Assembly (NCBI RefSeq): GCF_016433145.1
Contig: NC_058132.1
Span: 618,852,148 to 618,916,147 of the forward strand
Source: Gracilinanus agilis
Taxonomy: Eukaryota
Length of the DNA stretch: 64,000 nucleotides
Reading direction: 5' to 3'
The position numbers and the translations under genes were made by a program. Below are positions 1 through 12,040 of this stretch, in pieces. The notes under the pieces are model-generated. The model was not told the DNA's origin. It did no database searches and saw only the letters and a list, made by a program, of their open reading frames with translations. Within the stretch, counting starts at the first letter, position 1. Each line of letters starts with the position of its first letter.

Positions 1-4
1 TACT

Positions 5-170
5 NNNNNNNNNNNNNNNNNNNNNNNNNNNNNNNNNNNNNNNNNNNNNNNNNNNNNNNNNNNNNNNNNNNNNNNNNNNNNNNNNNNNNNNNNNNNNNNN
101 NNNNNNNNNNNNNNNNNNNNNNNNNNNNNNNNNNNNNNNNNNNNNNNNNNNNNNNNNNNNNNNNNNNNNN
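5..170. other. Assembly gap (other gaps: 24353-24491, 30065-30225, 30648-30786, 46259-46631, 61280-61679)
   Basis: N runs. Confidence 1.
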
Positions 171-1627
171 CCTGCCTTATCTTTCTCTTTCTGCTGCTCT
201 CTGTCTCTTTGCTGCCTCTTTCTCTCAGATTACTCCCCCTTTGTTTATTCTTGCCAGGGAGCTTTCCTAAGATAGACTTCTATCTTAGACTGGCTGTCAT
301 AATTAATGAGACAATTTTAATGAGTCGATTTTATATCCAGTTTTATCTTCCAGATCTAAAACTAGTTGGGAGGTAAAGAACAGGTAATGTATTGAACCAA
401 ATGTCTGGACCCTCTCACCTCTTGTACATCTGAGCAGCAGTTTTCTAATGATAGCAAGAAATACTTAATTTCACCCCCAAAATGTCATTTTTGAGAGTAA
501 CACTCAATCTGTCAATAGTTCAATCAGTCAAGATTTACTAAGCATCCATCTAACTGATTAGAAACTAAAAACAAAAATCCATAGCCTCATAGCTGTGTTT
601 TGATCAGGAGCCAGTTCTACTAAACAGGGTCTGTTTTTAAAATCAGAATTTTAAGCTAATCTCGTCATCTGTGGGGCAAGGTGGTAGGCTTCATTTCATA
701 AATAAAATGATACAACATTACATATTACGGATGCAAAATCAGATGTGCCAAAGAGATAACACAGTCTGCCATACATTACAGACATCCGCCGTTCATCTTT
801 TTTTTTAATCTGGAAGCTGTCTCTCATAAAGCACTCCCATACAAGACAATTTAACTAGTAACAGATTGTACCTTATAATAGATTTTTTTAAAATGACATC
901 TAGTTTTGCTAGGTATCAGGGAGTATGTTTCTAATTGGCTAAATTGAAAAAAGCTTCCATAGGATTAATTAGCTACATCACCTTGTTATTATGGCAAAGA
1001 GGTTAAAAAATACTCTTTTTAGGGAAATCACGGGACCTCTCCCACATTTGAACCTTGGCTCAATCACTGCAGTTTAGGTTGGCTATTTCAGAAGGGCTAA
1101 AACAAGATTGTGTCAATTATGTGTTGAAACCACAGTATTTTACTCATCATAGATTCATAATGCATTTTAGCCTGTTTTTGCCCCTTCTCTGGCCATATGC
1201 TCAAGTGTGTGTGATGCAGTTCATCACACAAGAACCATGGAAATATACTGCGTAGAGAACATAAAGCAACCACATTTTCAGCATATATTTCTGGGTTCTG
1301 GAGAAGTAAGTATACCTCAGGACTTAAGTCCATATGTGAAGGGACATGTAATTTTAATATTAGCTTTTTTCATGCTAATAAGGAATAGGGTATCCGCAAT
1401 TTGATAGAGTGGACATAAAACTGGCCTGGGAATCAGTAGACCCAGATCCCAGTCCACAATAATTAGCAATAACAATAAACTGTCTAACCTTGGTCAAATT
1501 GATTCATTTCCTTTTAATTCAATCTAACTTATTTAAACATTGATTAAGCTCAGGCAAAGAACTTTATTAGATATTAGGTAAACAAAAGCTTTCTCTATAA
1601 ACAATGCAAGGGAAAATGTGCTAAATT

Positions 1628-1795
1628 TAGAGTAAGGAAAGACTGAATTTGATTTCTGTCTCAGGCACTTAGCTGTATTACCTTAGACAAGTCACTTAAA
1701 TTCTATTGGTCTCAACTTTCTCATCTAGAAAGTGAAGAAGTTGGACTGAGGGACCTCTAGGGTCCCTTTTACTTCTATTTCTATGGTCTGATCAA
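1628..1795 (+). mobile_element. MIR SINE
   Basis: Core ...gacaagtcacttaa...ctttctcatct... and tail ggactgagggacctctagggtcccttt. Confidence 0.75.
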
Positions 1796-1844
1796 CTAAG
1801 TTGAACAAAATATAAAAGAATTTTTTGGTTTGTTTGTTTTTTAA

Positions 1845-1950
1845 ATCATGATTTGAGGTAGGAGAGAGCCTTAATTTCTAGGAGAGGAGGGTCAGGATCA
1901 GATAAGGCTTCAAAGAAGAACTGGCATTTGAATTGATCCTTCAAGTAGAA
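1845..1950 (-). mobile_element. L2 LINE fragment
   Basis: ggcttcaaagaagaactggcatttgaattgatccttcaag resembles the L2 3' region. Confidence 0.55.
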
Positions 1951-2046
1951 TTTAGAAGAGCCAGTGCATTCCATTCAGAAGTCTTGGCTTAGAGAGGTTA
2001 AAATATGATCAGGGCTACACCTTAAGGAGATTATTTGGGGTAGTTA

Positions 2047-2796
2047 TGTGGAAGAAGGGTTTTTTTTTTTTTTAATGATAGAACAATTAGAAGGCTTTAA
2101 CAGAAGTCTGGGAAAGTGGTAGAAAAGTTATGGCTCTGCAAGTAAGAGAAGAGAAGGAAGAGGAGGAAGGACTGTTGACATGGAATCTAGAGTTCCCAAA
2201 CTTGTAGCTTAGTGAGGTATGATGAACCCCAAGTTTAGAAATAGTTTGTAGGTTGGAGACCCCCAAAGCTTGTGCTGGTTCCCTGTTCCCGTGGGAATCC
2301 ACCCTGAAGGGAATCTCAGAATAGCAGTTGAAGACTGAATAATGGACCCCAGGGTAAATGCTAAATACCCTTTTGTCTTAGGTAGTCTTCCCCATTGTAT
2401 CTGAGACCCTTACCAAGGAGGACACACCTGGGCAGGGACCTTCAGTTAGTATCCATTGTGTAAGCAGCCCCTTTCCCCTACACCCTAGCCTCTAGCTATG
2501 ATCCCTTTCTCTAGCTTGATTGTATCCCCTCAGTATAATGTCAATCATCTCTCCCAGCCCCTGGATCTTCCCAAATGGTATATAAGTTCCCCAATTTCCT
2601 TTGTTCCCAGGAGTGGTCATCTAGCGCGGTGTCACTCCCAGGGGGATCAGGGAGCAGAGCGAAGCAGTGTTCCTTTAGACTCTGCACAAGGCGCATCTCT
2701 GCATAAGAGGCCAAGTAGCCCTCATCCCCCTTTCCCTTGATTAAAGAGTGGTTTTATGACTATTTAATAGTTCTGCCATTTTTTTCTAAGTTAACA
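2047..2796 (+). mobile_element. Older solo ERV LTR; 5' boundary uncertain
   Basis: GC-richer block with TATATAA at 2579-2585 and ATTAAA at 2740-2745, ending ...ttaaCA at 2796. No TSD identified. Confidence 0.6.
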
Positions 2797-2799
2797 GAC

Positions 2800-3545
2800 A
2801 ATTAGGAAGAGGGGGAAATGTAAAATGACTCCAAAGTTACTAACCTTGGTGAGTAGCAGAATGGTGGTGCTCTCATCCTGTAGAAAAGTTTAAAGGAAGA
2901 AAGAGGGAACAAAATTAGTTCTGTTTTAAACACAATAAGCTTGTGATGCCAATGGGACATCCATAGGAGTATCTATCATGAAACTAATTACATAGAGTGA
3001 ATGGTAAAGATATAAAGGCTGGATATAAATTTGGGAATCATTTGAATAGGGAAGATAATTCAACCCACAGGAATTGATGAGGTTACTAAAAGACAATATG
3101 TAAATAGCAAGAAGATAAGAGGACTTAGGACACAGCTTTGAGAGACATTGATATGGGAAGACAGAGATAAATAATCTAGCAAAGGAAATGGAGGAACAGA
3201 TAGAAGAAGAACTAGAGGAGAACCTGGCATGCCAGCTAAGGGAGGATAGAGTATCCAGGAAAAAGAAAGATCAATAGTATCAAAAGCCTCAGAAAAGTCA
3301 AGGAGAATGAAGAATAAGAAAAGGTCATTGGATTTAGTACTAAAGAGATCATTGGTAACTTTGAAGAGCAATTTCAATAGAGTAGTAGTATTGGAAGCCA
3401 GATTGCAAGGAGTAGAGAAATGAGTGAATATGGAGGTAAAGTGGTGAGTGTAGAAATTTTTTTTCTCAGAATTTGACTGTGAAATGGAAGATATATATAG
3501 GATAGTGGCTCTAAGAGATGATGGGGTCAAGTGAAAAATATTCTC
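2800..3545 (-). mobile_element. L2 LINE ORF2 (reverse transcriptase) relic
   Basis: ORF 3060..3530 contains LLFKVTNDLF...LLDFSEAFDTID, a degenerate L2/CR1 RT motif (KVTNDL...LLDLSAAFDTVDH). Confidence 0.85.
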
Positions 3546-3604
3546 TTCCCCTAGTTGTGCATAAAATGTTTTAAGAGCCTAAGTGATTGTGGCATCAAAA
3601 AATT

Positions 3605-3757
3605 GAGTTATATACATGTAACTATATATGTAGAGTATACATGTGTATGTGCACATACATGTATATACATACATGTGTATATGTGTACTTGTGAATACAT
3701 TTATACCCAACCACTCATTTTTATGTATGAGGATAGATAGATGGATAGATAGATATA
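3605..3757. repeat. Degenerate (TA/CA)n plus (GATA)n simple repeat
   Basis: Directly visible. Confidence 0.8.
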
Positions 3758-4903
3758 TTTTTTCCCTCTTCTCCCAGAGGCCGTGTAGCTAAACTCATTC
3801 TACAAGTAAAAAGGAGAAAGATAGCAAACTAGTACTAAGAAAATGTTAATCGATATTCTAAATATCCCTTTCATGTAACTTACAGGACTAATATCTTTAA
3901 CTAGGAATAAAGTCCATCAAGTTATGTTAGTATGTAATAGAAACATGTCAGGTTAACCTCAAAAGAAGAAGAACTTAGCTTGATTTCAAGAACTTGCAGT
4001 GGATGAGTCTAGAGAGGAAATGTCTAGAGGGAATGTCTGGTAATCACAATCCAACCAAACCTTCTGCCTGGGCATGAGGATGATAACACAATAGGTCTAA
4101 AATTTAGAGGAAGGGATAGGACAAAGTAGACAGGGAGCCAGAGGGAATCATAAGTCCTGGAGAATTCCTGAACTCCCAGTGGTATAGAGCTGAATTGGAG
4201 TAGTCTGATGTTGTGGGATATGATCTACTAAGCATAAGACATGCAAACTACAGCCTATATATATATATACTTAATGGCTTTATTTTCAGAGACTTCAGAG
4301 GTTGGGGACTGGAGTTTTATTCCACATAAAAAGGATCTGGCAGCCCAGATTTGTATCTGAAGAAAATGCAGCCCAAAGGGAAAGCATCCCATAAGTAGTT
4401 ACAGAATGTCTATCCAAGCTTGTGAAGACTTCCTCCAGTGGAATGAGCTGATGAGAACAAATTGTTCTAATGGCCATGAAAGCAGCAGAAGCTGTCCCTA
4501 TGAAATACTTAAGAGTTTGGTCAAACACTGAAGATGCCAAGGTCTTCCATTGCATCCCAGATCATTGTCAGGCACCTTGACTTTTATCTTGAACCTGGAC
4601 TAGAATAACTGTGGAAGAGAGTGAAGCTGATGACAGTGCAACTTTGCCTCACTTAAAACCAATTCACACTCAAGCCAAATGCCATTGGTCCTCTTCAAAA
4701 ATGAAGAACAAATAAACAACTGAAAGCATTCTGAGAGGAGACAGAGAAATGTACTGAGGGATAATTTTTCCACTTCTTTATCATTTTCTATATTTGAAGA
4801 GGCAATTATTCCTCTTTGTATATGAAGGCTTGGTTCTATCATATTATTTACCTGGATTTGAAACTTAATTAAATGTTGTGGATTTGTGGCTAGCTATGGT
4901 CTA

Positions 4904-5247
4904 TGTCCGGGTCCAGCCGGACACAACCAAGGGGTCCGGGGAAACAGCAACCTAAAAACCCATAGGGGAAGAAGAGGGGAGACCTCGCGTGCAAGACAGA
5001 GTCGCTTGGATGGAAGCAAGGCTCGTTTATTGCAGATCTATGACAAGAATATATAGGCTGAGGGCAGAAGGGGATCGGCAGATACTAAGGGGAAAGGAAC
5101 GCGGAAAGGGAGCATAGAAAATCTCTGGTGGCGTCTTACTGTCTCCAAGCATGGCTGGGCCTATGATCAATATCTTATCTTAGAAGAGTGAACGATATCT
5201 ATTCTTAGAAGAGTGACTATCTTATCTTAAAGTCTTGGTCCCTAACA
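4904..5247 (-). mobile_element. Young solo LTR (344 bp), class II/ERVK-like
   Basis: TG...CA termini; perfect 6-bp TSD GGTCTA (4898-4903, 5248-5253); minus-strand TATA ~5049-5055 and AATAAA 5026-5031; many intact CpGs. Confidence 0.9.
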
Positions 5248-5258
5248 GGTCTAAAGTC

Positions 5259-5450
5259 CAGAGGTTCCCAAACTTTTTTGGCCTTCCGCCCCCTTTCCAG
5301 AAAAAAATAATTCTTAGCGCCCCCTGGAAATTATGAAACTATTTATTGAATTCAGAATAGAATGTAATACAAAAGAAGTGTGGCCATCACTGCACCTCTG
5401 GATCGCTGCAGCACCAACCAGGGGCGCGGTAGCACCCACTTTGGGGATCT
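5259..5450 (+). mobile_element. hAT/Charlie-type MITE, copy 1
   Basis: Left TIR cagaggttcccaaact; colinear with the 23056-23247 copy; right TIR degenerate. Confidence 0.8.
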
Positions 5451-5588
5451 AAACTATGGGCCAAATTCCACCAGCCACCCATTTTTGTGGGCCCATTAAA
5501 AAATGGTTAATGGTTTCTTTGCTCACAAGCCTATGAGAATAGGCATTGGACTGGATTTGGTCTAAAGGTCATAGTTTACTGACCCCTG
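5444..5588. mobile_element. MER58/MER20-like hAT MITE
   Basis: aaactatgggccaaattcc near the left end; right TIR agtttactgacccctg (reverse complement caggggtcagtaaact). Confidence 0.65.
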
Positions 5589-6689
5589 ATCTTTCCAAAG
5601 GATATTGAACTAGAGTAGGAGCTTAGACTGTGATTTACGCAATTGATTACTCAGGAAAGAAGAAGCATCAAAACTATAGTTAACAGAAGGAAATAAAGAC
5701 TCCAGTTTTACATGGAGAAAGTTTTTAATTCAAAGAATCTGGTGTGGACCAGAAATCTACAATTGTTGCTCCAAGATTTTGGGTGACTACTTTGCAGGAT
5801 TTCAAAAAAAAAAGTAAAAATGACAATGTTGTTTGTCTCAACTTGAATATAGTTGCTTTTATCATGAAAGCTAAGACTTATATGCCAAATCTATTCGGGA
5901 AATGTCTGTTTTATATACCATAGGAGAACTGGATATGTATAGTGTTTCAAAATGAAAGTAGCACTCCTTTTTGTACTAGTAAGGGTTAATGAAAACAAGT
6001 TGCCTTTTATGCAAGCAGTGCTAGACTTTACCAAGAGCTAGTCAAGCTTTCAGATGCAATTCTCCAGACCAGCTGGCTTTCATCCACAAATAATTTTCTT
6101 TGCTTCTCTTTCTCTGGGTCCACAACCTCTTTCTTATTAGTTTCACTAGAAAAATCCCTGGAGATCAATACCTAGTTGAGTCAAGCATATTGATACTGAT
6201 TTCACGTTCATACAAAACAGGCACAATGTAAGGATTTTCAATATAATTTCCATGGGATACAAACTATTACTGGAGATGGATATTCCTATATGGAATTCTT
6301 GATTCTCTAAAAATACTTGGCAGAATTCTTGGTTTTATTGTCCCTGGGATCTCATCAGTGGTAGCCACTCTCTCTCAGACCCACGCTTTTTATCTAGTGC
6401 CATTCTTTTCTGCCTTTTAATATTTTTATGCATCTGTGAGTATTTCCTCCAATTGTGCATATCATAACCTATATATCATATACCTCCTTATACCATTCAA
6501 CTCTTGTCCATGGCCCTGTTTAAATAGTCCATGAGGATTCATCTAGAGTACTGAGGGATATTTAGTTAGAGCTATTGACATTGCTTGGATACCAGTGGTC
6601 CACATGGACTATCCTTTGGTTTCCGATCTTGTCGTCATTAAATAATATCATATTTATATTGTGTTTTAAGACTCGCAAGACAATCTACA

Positions 6690-6850
6690 ATTATTATTTC
6701 ATTGTTATTGGAATTGTAAAGATGAGGAAACTGAGACAAATAGGGTTAAGTGACTTGCCCAGGGTCTTACATCTAGTGAGTGTCTGAGGCCACATTTGAA
6801 CTCACATCTTCCTAATTCCACTCTCTTTTTTGTAGCACCTAACTGCTTAG
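6690..6850 (-). mobile_element. MIR/MAR1 SINE
   Basis: gatgaggaaactgagac...aagtgacttgcccaggg...tttgaactc. Confidence 0.8.
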
Positions 6851-7654
6851 ATGACTAGCCTACCTCCTCCAGATGTAACTTCGGTGTGTTTCTTCTTTGC
6901 TGCAGTCTATTCATATCCATTATTCCCTGCTCCCCTTGGATGACCTGCAACTTTAAGTCTTCAGAGGCTGTTATTCCGTGCTAGACAACCAGAGAACATT
7001 ACTTTAAGAATATTGGTGGTAAAAGCATATTCTTTTGTTTCTGGAGAAAAGCTTGGGGTCATTAAAAGCCCTGCATGATTTCCCCAAATTCATGTCCTTC
7101 CATAAATCCTCCATAGAGGATCTATCCAACATGCTAGCAGCCTCTCTCTAGTTCTTTTAATATTTCATGGATACGAGTACAGCACTGGGACTGTCCATCT
7201 GTTATCTCTTAGTCCTGCTCTAACCCTGCCTCCCATACCCACTTTGCCTTATAGCGAATTTCATCAGACTACCATTCGATTGAGCAAAATGTGCCATTCT
7301 TTCAACGAATAAAATATTCATGTGCCTGTATTATTCCAACAGTGACTGAGAAGTCAGAATGTGGATTAGCTTGGTGTAGTAGGGAAATGACTTAATTAGG
7401 AGAAGGAAATAGGAAATGAAATTTAATTCAGTCAATGATGTGTAAAAATTAAGAAGAAAAAATGCCACTATAACAAAATATGCATCAACCAGATCGGGGA
7501 GAAGGGAAGGAGGGAGGGAAGAGGAAAAAATTGTCTAGAAATGGAGTGGCTGATATGGGAGATTAAGTATTTTTCTTTTTTGGAAAATGTTGAGCATCTC
7601 TGTTTCTCATTTATCTTCCTGTGGCATTCTAAGGAGTTAGGGGAAGAAACAACT

Positions 7655-7960
7655 TATAGGAGAAGATAATAATAATAATAGTAATAATAATAATAATAGC
7701 TAGCATTTTACTAACTCTCTATGTTTTAAAAAGTATTATATACATATATATGTATATATATATTCATATTGATACTAATTTCACATGCATACAAAACAGG
7801 CACACTTGATCCATACAAGAATCTCATTTGGTGAATTCAATTATTAACCCCAATTGACAGATGAGGAATTAGACTGAGAGAATTAAATTACTTGTCCACA
7901 GTCATACAGTACCTGAGATAGGATTTGAATTCAGGTCTGCTGATTCAATAACAGCACACT
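7655..7960 (-). mobile_element. MIR SINE with (AAT)n tail, interrupted by (TA)n and a 40-bp insert
   Basis: MIR core at 7855-7940; tail aataataat at 7665-7700. Confidence 0.8.
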
Positions 7961-8442
7961 GACAGATAGCAGCAGGAAGAATTGCTGCTTTTCGGGGAAG
8001 ATGGACTAGGTCAACTAATCATTACAGTGCTTATTTCCATTGTCCTTTGACTACTTTAGGAATTCACTCTTTTTTAATGAGACTCTTTTATATTTGATCT
8101 ATTTTATTAGAGTGATAAAAATGCAAGTACTAGAGCACTGGCCTTAAGATGACAGCAGGTTTTATGTTTCATCTGATGAAATAAAGCTTGCCAGATGCCT
8201 CCACAGCTCTCAGCTCAACCCTTCTTTATTTCAGCAATTTTTAAAGGATGTTAGGCAGACAATGGGTTTTGCTCTCATCATCAGTTTTCTCTCAAAGATT
8301 GCAAGGCTAAATGTTGGTTTTTCTGTCTTGGCTGAAATTTGAAAACACTAGGTGATGGTTTTGTCCCACAGAGTCACAAGGAAACTAATTCTGACTCTGT
8401 GAACCCATTTTGGGTTTTTTTTTTTTTTTTTTTTTTTTTTTT

Positions 8443-8905
8443 GCAGAGACACTGGAGTGATTTGCCATTTGCTTCTCCAGTTCATTTGATAGAAGAGGAA
8501 ACTGAGGCAAAGAAGGTTAAGTGACTTGTCCAGGGTTACACAACTTCCCAAAGGATACAATACGAATCTAACCAGGGCTGAAAGAGGAAGAAGCCAGAGA
8601 GGATTTGGGAATTCTCCTGTACCATTTATCTTCACAGTAATTCAGTCTATATGAGAGAAAGCCAACTATTGACTCAAATAGAGCTTCTTCTAAGTAGTAT
8701 TTGCTCTCTTATATATAAATTATATGTGTACATATGCAAATATATCTATCTTTCTACATCTATAAATACACACACACACACACACACACACATACACACA
8801 CACACACACACACACCCCTAGTGTCTGAGGCCAGATTTGAACTCAGGAAGATAAGTCTTCCTAACTCCACGACTAGTACTCTATCTGCTATGCTACCTAC
8901 TTGCC
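8443..8905 (-). mobile_element. MAR1-type SINE in two halves (8443-8545, 8815-8905) separated by ~270 bp including (CA)n
   Basis: The first half ends cagggttacacaact and the second resumes ctagtgtctgaggccagatttgaactcagg, consecutive parts of the consensus. Confidence 0.7.
8767..8815. repeat. (CA)n microsatellite
   Basis: Directly visible. Confidence 0.95.
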
Positions 8906-8914
8906 CTTAGAGAT

Positions 8915-9050
8915 TCTCTAATCTAGCTAGACTGTAAGCTCCTTGAGGGTAGGTACAATCTACTGTTTCTGGTTGTATCCCTAGCTGTATCTCTTAACAG
9001 AGTTCCTGGCAACTTGTAGGTTCTTAATAAATATTTACAAATTGATTAAG
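8915..9050 (+). mobile_element. L2 3' end
   Basis: ctagactgtaagctccttgaggg...ttaataaatattt. Confidence 0.8.
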
Positions 9051-9807
9051 ATAAAATTCGTACCTCACTTTGCAATCCTTAAAGCTAATATTGCTGAGAA
9101 AGGATGATGCTTTCCATAATCTATAGGTAAATTAGCACAGACTCCCCAGATACTCCAGTTTAGGCACAGAGAACAACAGAAGTTTCACGAAATCCACTAG
9201 AAACCCCATGAGCTTAGAAGCATATTAAGCTCAAAACAAAAGAAAAAACCAAGGATGGATTGCTCTGTGATTCTGAATCAAAGATACACTCCTAAAACAC
9301 ACATACATGCATACGCATACACACACATTCTAAGGAAGGTGAGTTATATTATTTATCATCTTTTGTGGGGAATGGATATATTGTCTTCTCTGGAATTCTA
9401 GAAATAAAAAAGTAGAAGGATGATGATTTAAGACAAATCCTATATGTGCTTTCTATCATTTTTTTGTCCTTCCAATAAAAAGAAAAATAAATCTCACCAA
9501 CTCAGATAGAGGAGTGACTTTCCTATATCAAATATATATATATATATTACGAGTTAGAACTTGGGTATTTTCATAGCCCTGAAGGATTTCTGGAATGCAG
9601 AGTGTTTCTTATTAGAACTTTTTTTCCCCCTCTTCTGTGTCAGTGACATATAATTAGCTCATTTGGCTTGATATTTTTTTGAAGGGGAAAGGGAATGACT
9701 TATGCTTTCATCAGTGTAAGTTACTTTTAATGCAGAAACTTCTTCCACTGATATAGATCACCACCCCTTCCTTTTCCTTACAGTATTATTCTGGAGACTG
9801 AGAGGAA

Positions 9808-10028
9808 GAGGCAGTTGGATAGCACAAAGGATAGAGAACCAGGAATGCAGTCAGAAAGACTCATTTTCCGGAGTTCCAATCCAGGCTCAGATACTGGCTG
9901 TGTGACCCAGTCATTTCACCCTGTTTGCCTCAGTTTCCTCATCTGGAAATGGTAAACGATTTCAGTATCCTTGCCGAGAAAATCTCAAATGTGGTCACCA
10001 AAAGTCAAACATGACCAAACAGCAACAC
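9808..10028 (+). mobile_element. MAR1-type SINE
   Basis: tRNA-derived head, CORE, and tail cagtatccttgccgagaaaatctcaaat. Confidence 0.75.
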
Positions 10029-10564
10029 CCAGCTAATAGATATCAGAGACTTTGTCTCAACTCAATGCCTTCTCTATAAGAAACAACTGTGATGTGGTCA
10101 TAGAAAAAGAAACAGAGACCTTCTTCAGAAAGAGAAAACCTAAAGCAAAATTCTCCTCTCTTGATCACAATTAAGACTTGGATGAATTTATAAATATTTT
10201 GCTGCCTGGTTCCTACAAGTGTTTCTAATCTGAGCCTTGACAGGTGTTTGTTGTTTAAAATAAACAATGAACCCAGGATCTTTTGCTTAGGATCCAAAAT
10301 GTGCCATCATGAAAGCACTAAATAGAATGTCAAATAAATTGAGTTCAGAAACAACTTGGTCAAATCCTGCCTGCCTCCATTCCTGGGCCAGTTAACATTG
10401 CCCAGAGTACATAGGGGCTAAAATCTGTTTTGTCAACGTGGTGACTGGTGCCAAACTTCATGCTCAGAAGTTTCAGCCCAAATTAGGAAAGCCATGAGGT
10501 AGTATAGTTGATCAGAGACAGCCTCAGGAAAGGAGATTTAAGGGGCTTCAAGGAAAGAAGGTGA

Positions 10565-10810
10565 AGGGCAGTAAGATGGCACAGTGGTTAGAGTACCAGC
10601 CCTTGAGTCAGAATGACTCATCTTCCTGAGTTCAAATCTGGCTTCAGATATTTACCAGCTGTGTGTCATTTAAATGTTTGCCTTGATTTCCTCATTGGTA
10701 AAATGAGTGAGCTGTGAAGGAAATGGCAAAGCACTCCAGTATCTTTGTCAAAAAAATAAATCCCAAATGGAGTCACAAGGAGTAAGACATGGCTGAAAGA
10801 ACTCAATACA
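10565..10810 (+). mobile_element. MAR1-type SINE
   Basis: tgagttcaaatctggc...gaaatggcaaagcactccagtatctttg. Confidence 0.8.
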
Positions 10811-11829
10811 AGGAAGATGGCGAACACTCCATTCCACCCTTACAAGTGCCCAGTGTATGAAATACAATGATTCAGGGACCAGTCAGAGTTGGTCAAGGTT
10901 AGACCCAATGTTCTCCAAGATCCTGTCTGGTTTTAGAGCTATAATCCTATGAAATCTTATGAACTTTTCTTAAAAAGGAAGCACATAGAGATTTATGCTG
11001 GAAAAGATCTAACAATGGACTTTCTGAAAAGTAAAACACATTTTAAAGTTTAATCTGTCTAATTAACATTTTTGTTAGCACTTTCTTGAATCTAAGCAAT
11101 AAAGAAAACAATAAATAAATAGAGCCCTGATTTACACATTTGCCTATTTCTGAGGTGTAGATCTTTACATTAAACATTTAACAATTGGCTTTTCAGATCT
11201 GGTTTCAGGATATTCTTGTAAGCACATGAAACTAATAGACATGGAGATGTCAAAAACTGATCAAATCTATTTCCCTCTCTGTAAAATGAAGGGTGGTTAT
11301 TTGAGAAGAGAATACATCTATTAGAAGAACTCTGAATGGCAAACATAGAAATACATATTATATGATAACATAGGTACAACCTTTATCATATAACCTGCTT
11401 TCTTCAGGAGTGGGGAGGAAAGGGATAAAGATAGAGAATGTGGATTACAAAATATCAGAAAACAAATAATGAAAAATGTATGGACATGTCATCTGGAAAA
11501 AAATTAAAATAAAAAAGAACGTTGAACATCTGATAGAGGTTGAGGGGAAGAAATCATGGGATTGTCAATTTAATGCTGGCTACCTCTTGAGCAGTCATTG
11601 CTGTGGATGTATTCTCTTCTCAAATGACACACCGTAAGTGTCTGAGTCCAGATTTGAACTCAGGAAGATGAGCTCAAATCTCACCTTAGACTTTTACTGC
11701 CTATATGATTATGGGCATGTTCTGTAGGTGCTTTTCTTGGTATCATTGTCCTTATTTGTAAAATGAGGATAATATTAGCACCTACAGAACATGCTTGTTT
11801 GTTTGTTTTAGTTTATTGTCTTTTTTTTA

Positions 11830-12040
11830 AAATCAGACCTGTAATTCCATCAATGTTGAGCAGTTGAGAAATTCCCTCTACTAAACAGACTAGAACATTC
11901 TCTACAATTTATAGAGTAATTCTAAGAATTGCCTGGAGGTACCTAGAGGTGAAAGGACTTGGCCCAAAGTCCCACTGCTGGTAGATGTCAGAGGTGTGAC
12001 TTAATTTCAAGTCTCCTTGACTCTGAGGCCAGATCTTCTC
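11830..12040 (-). mobile_element. Marsupial MIR3-type SINE
   Basis: aaatcagacctgtaattcc...aattccctctac...gaattgcctgg...gactctgaggcc. Similar copies at 17050-17300, 37030-37200 and 39650-39800. Confidence 0.6.
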
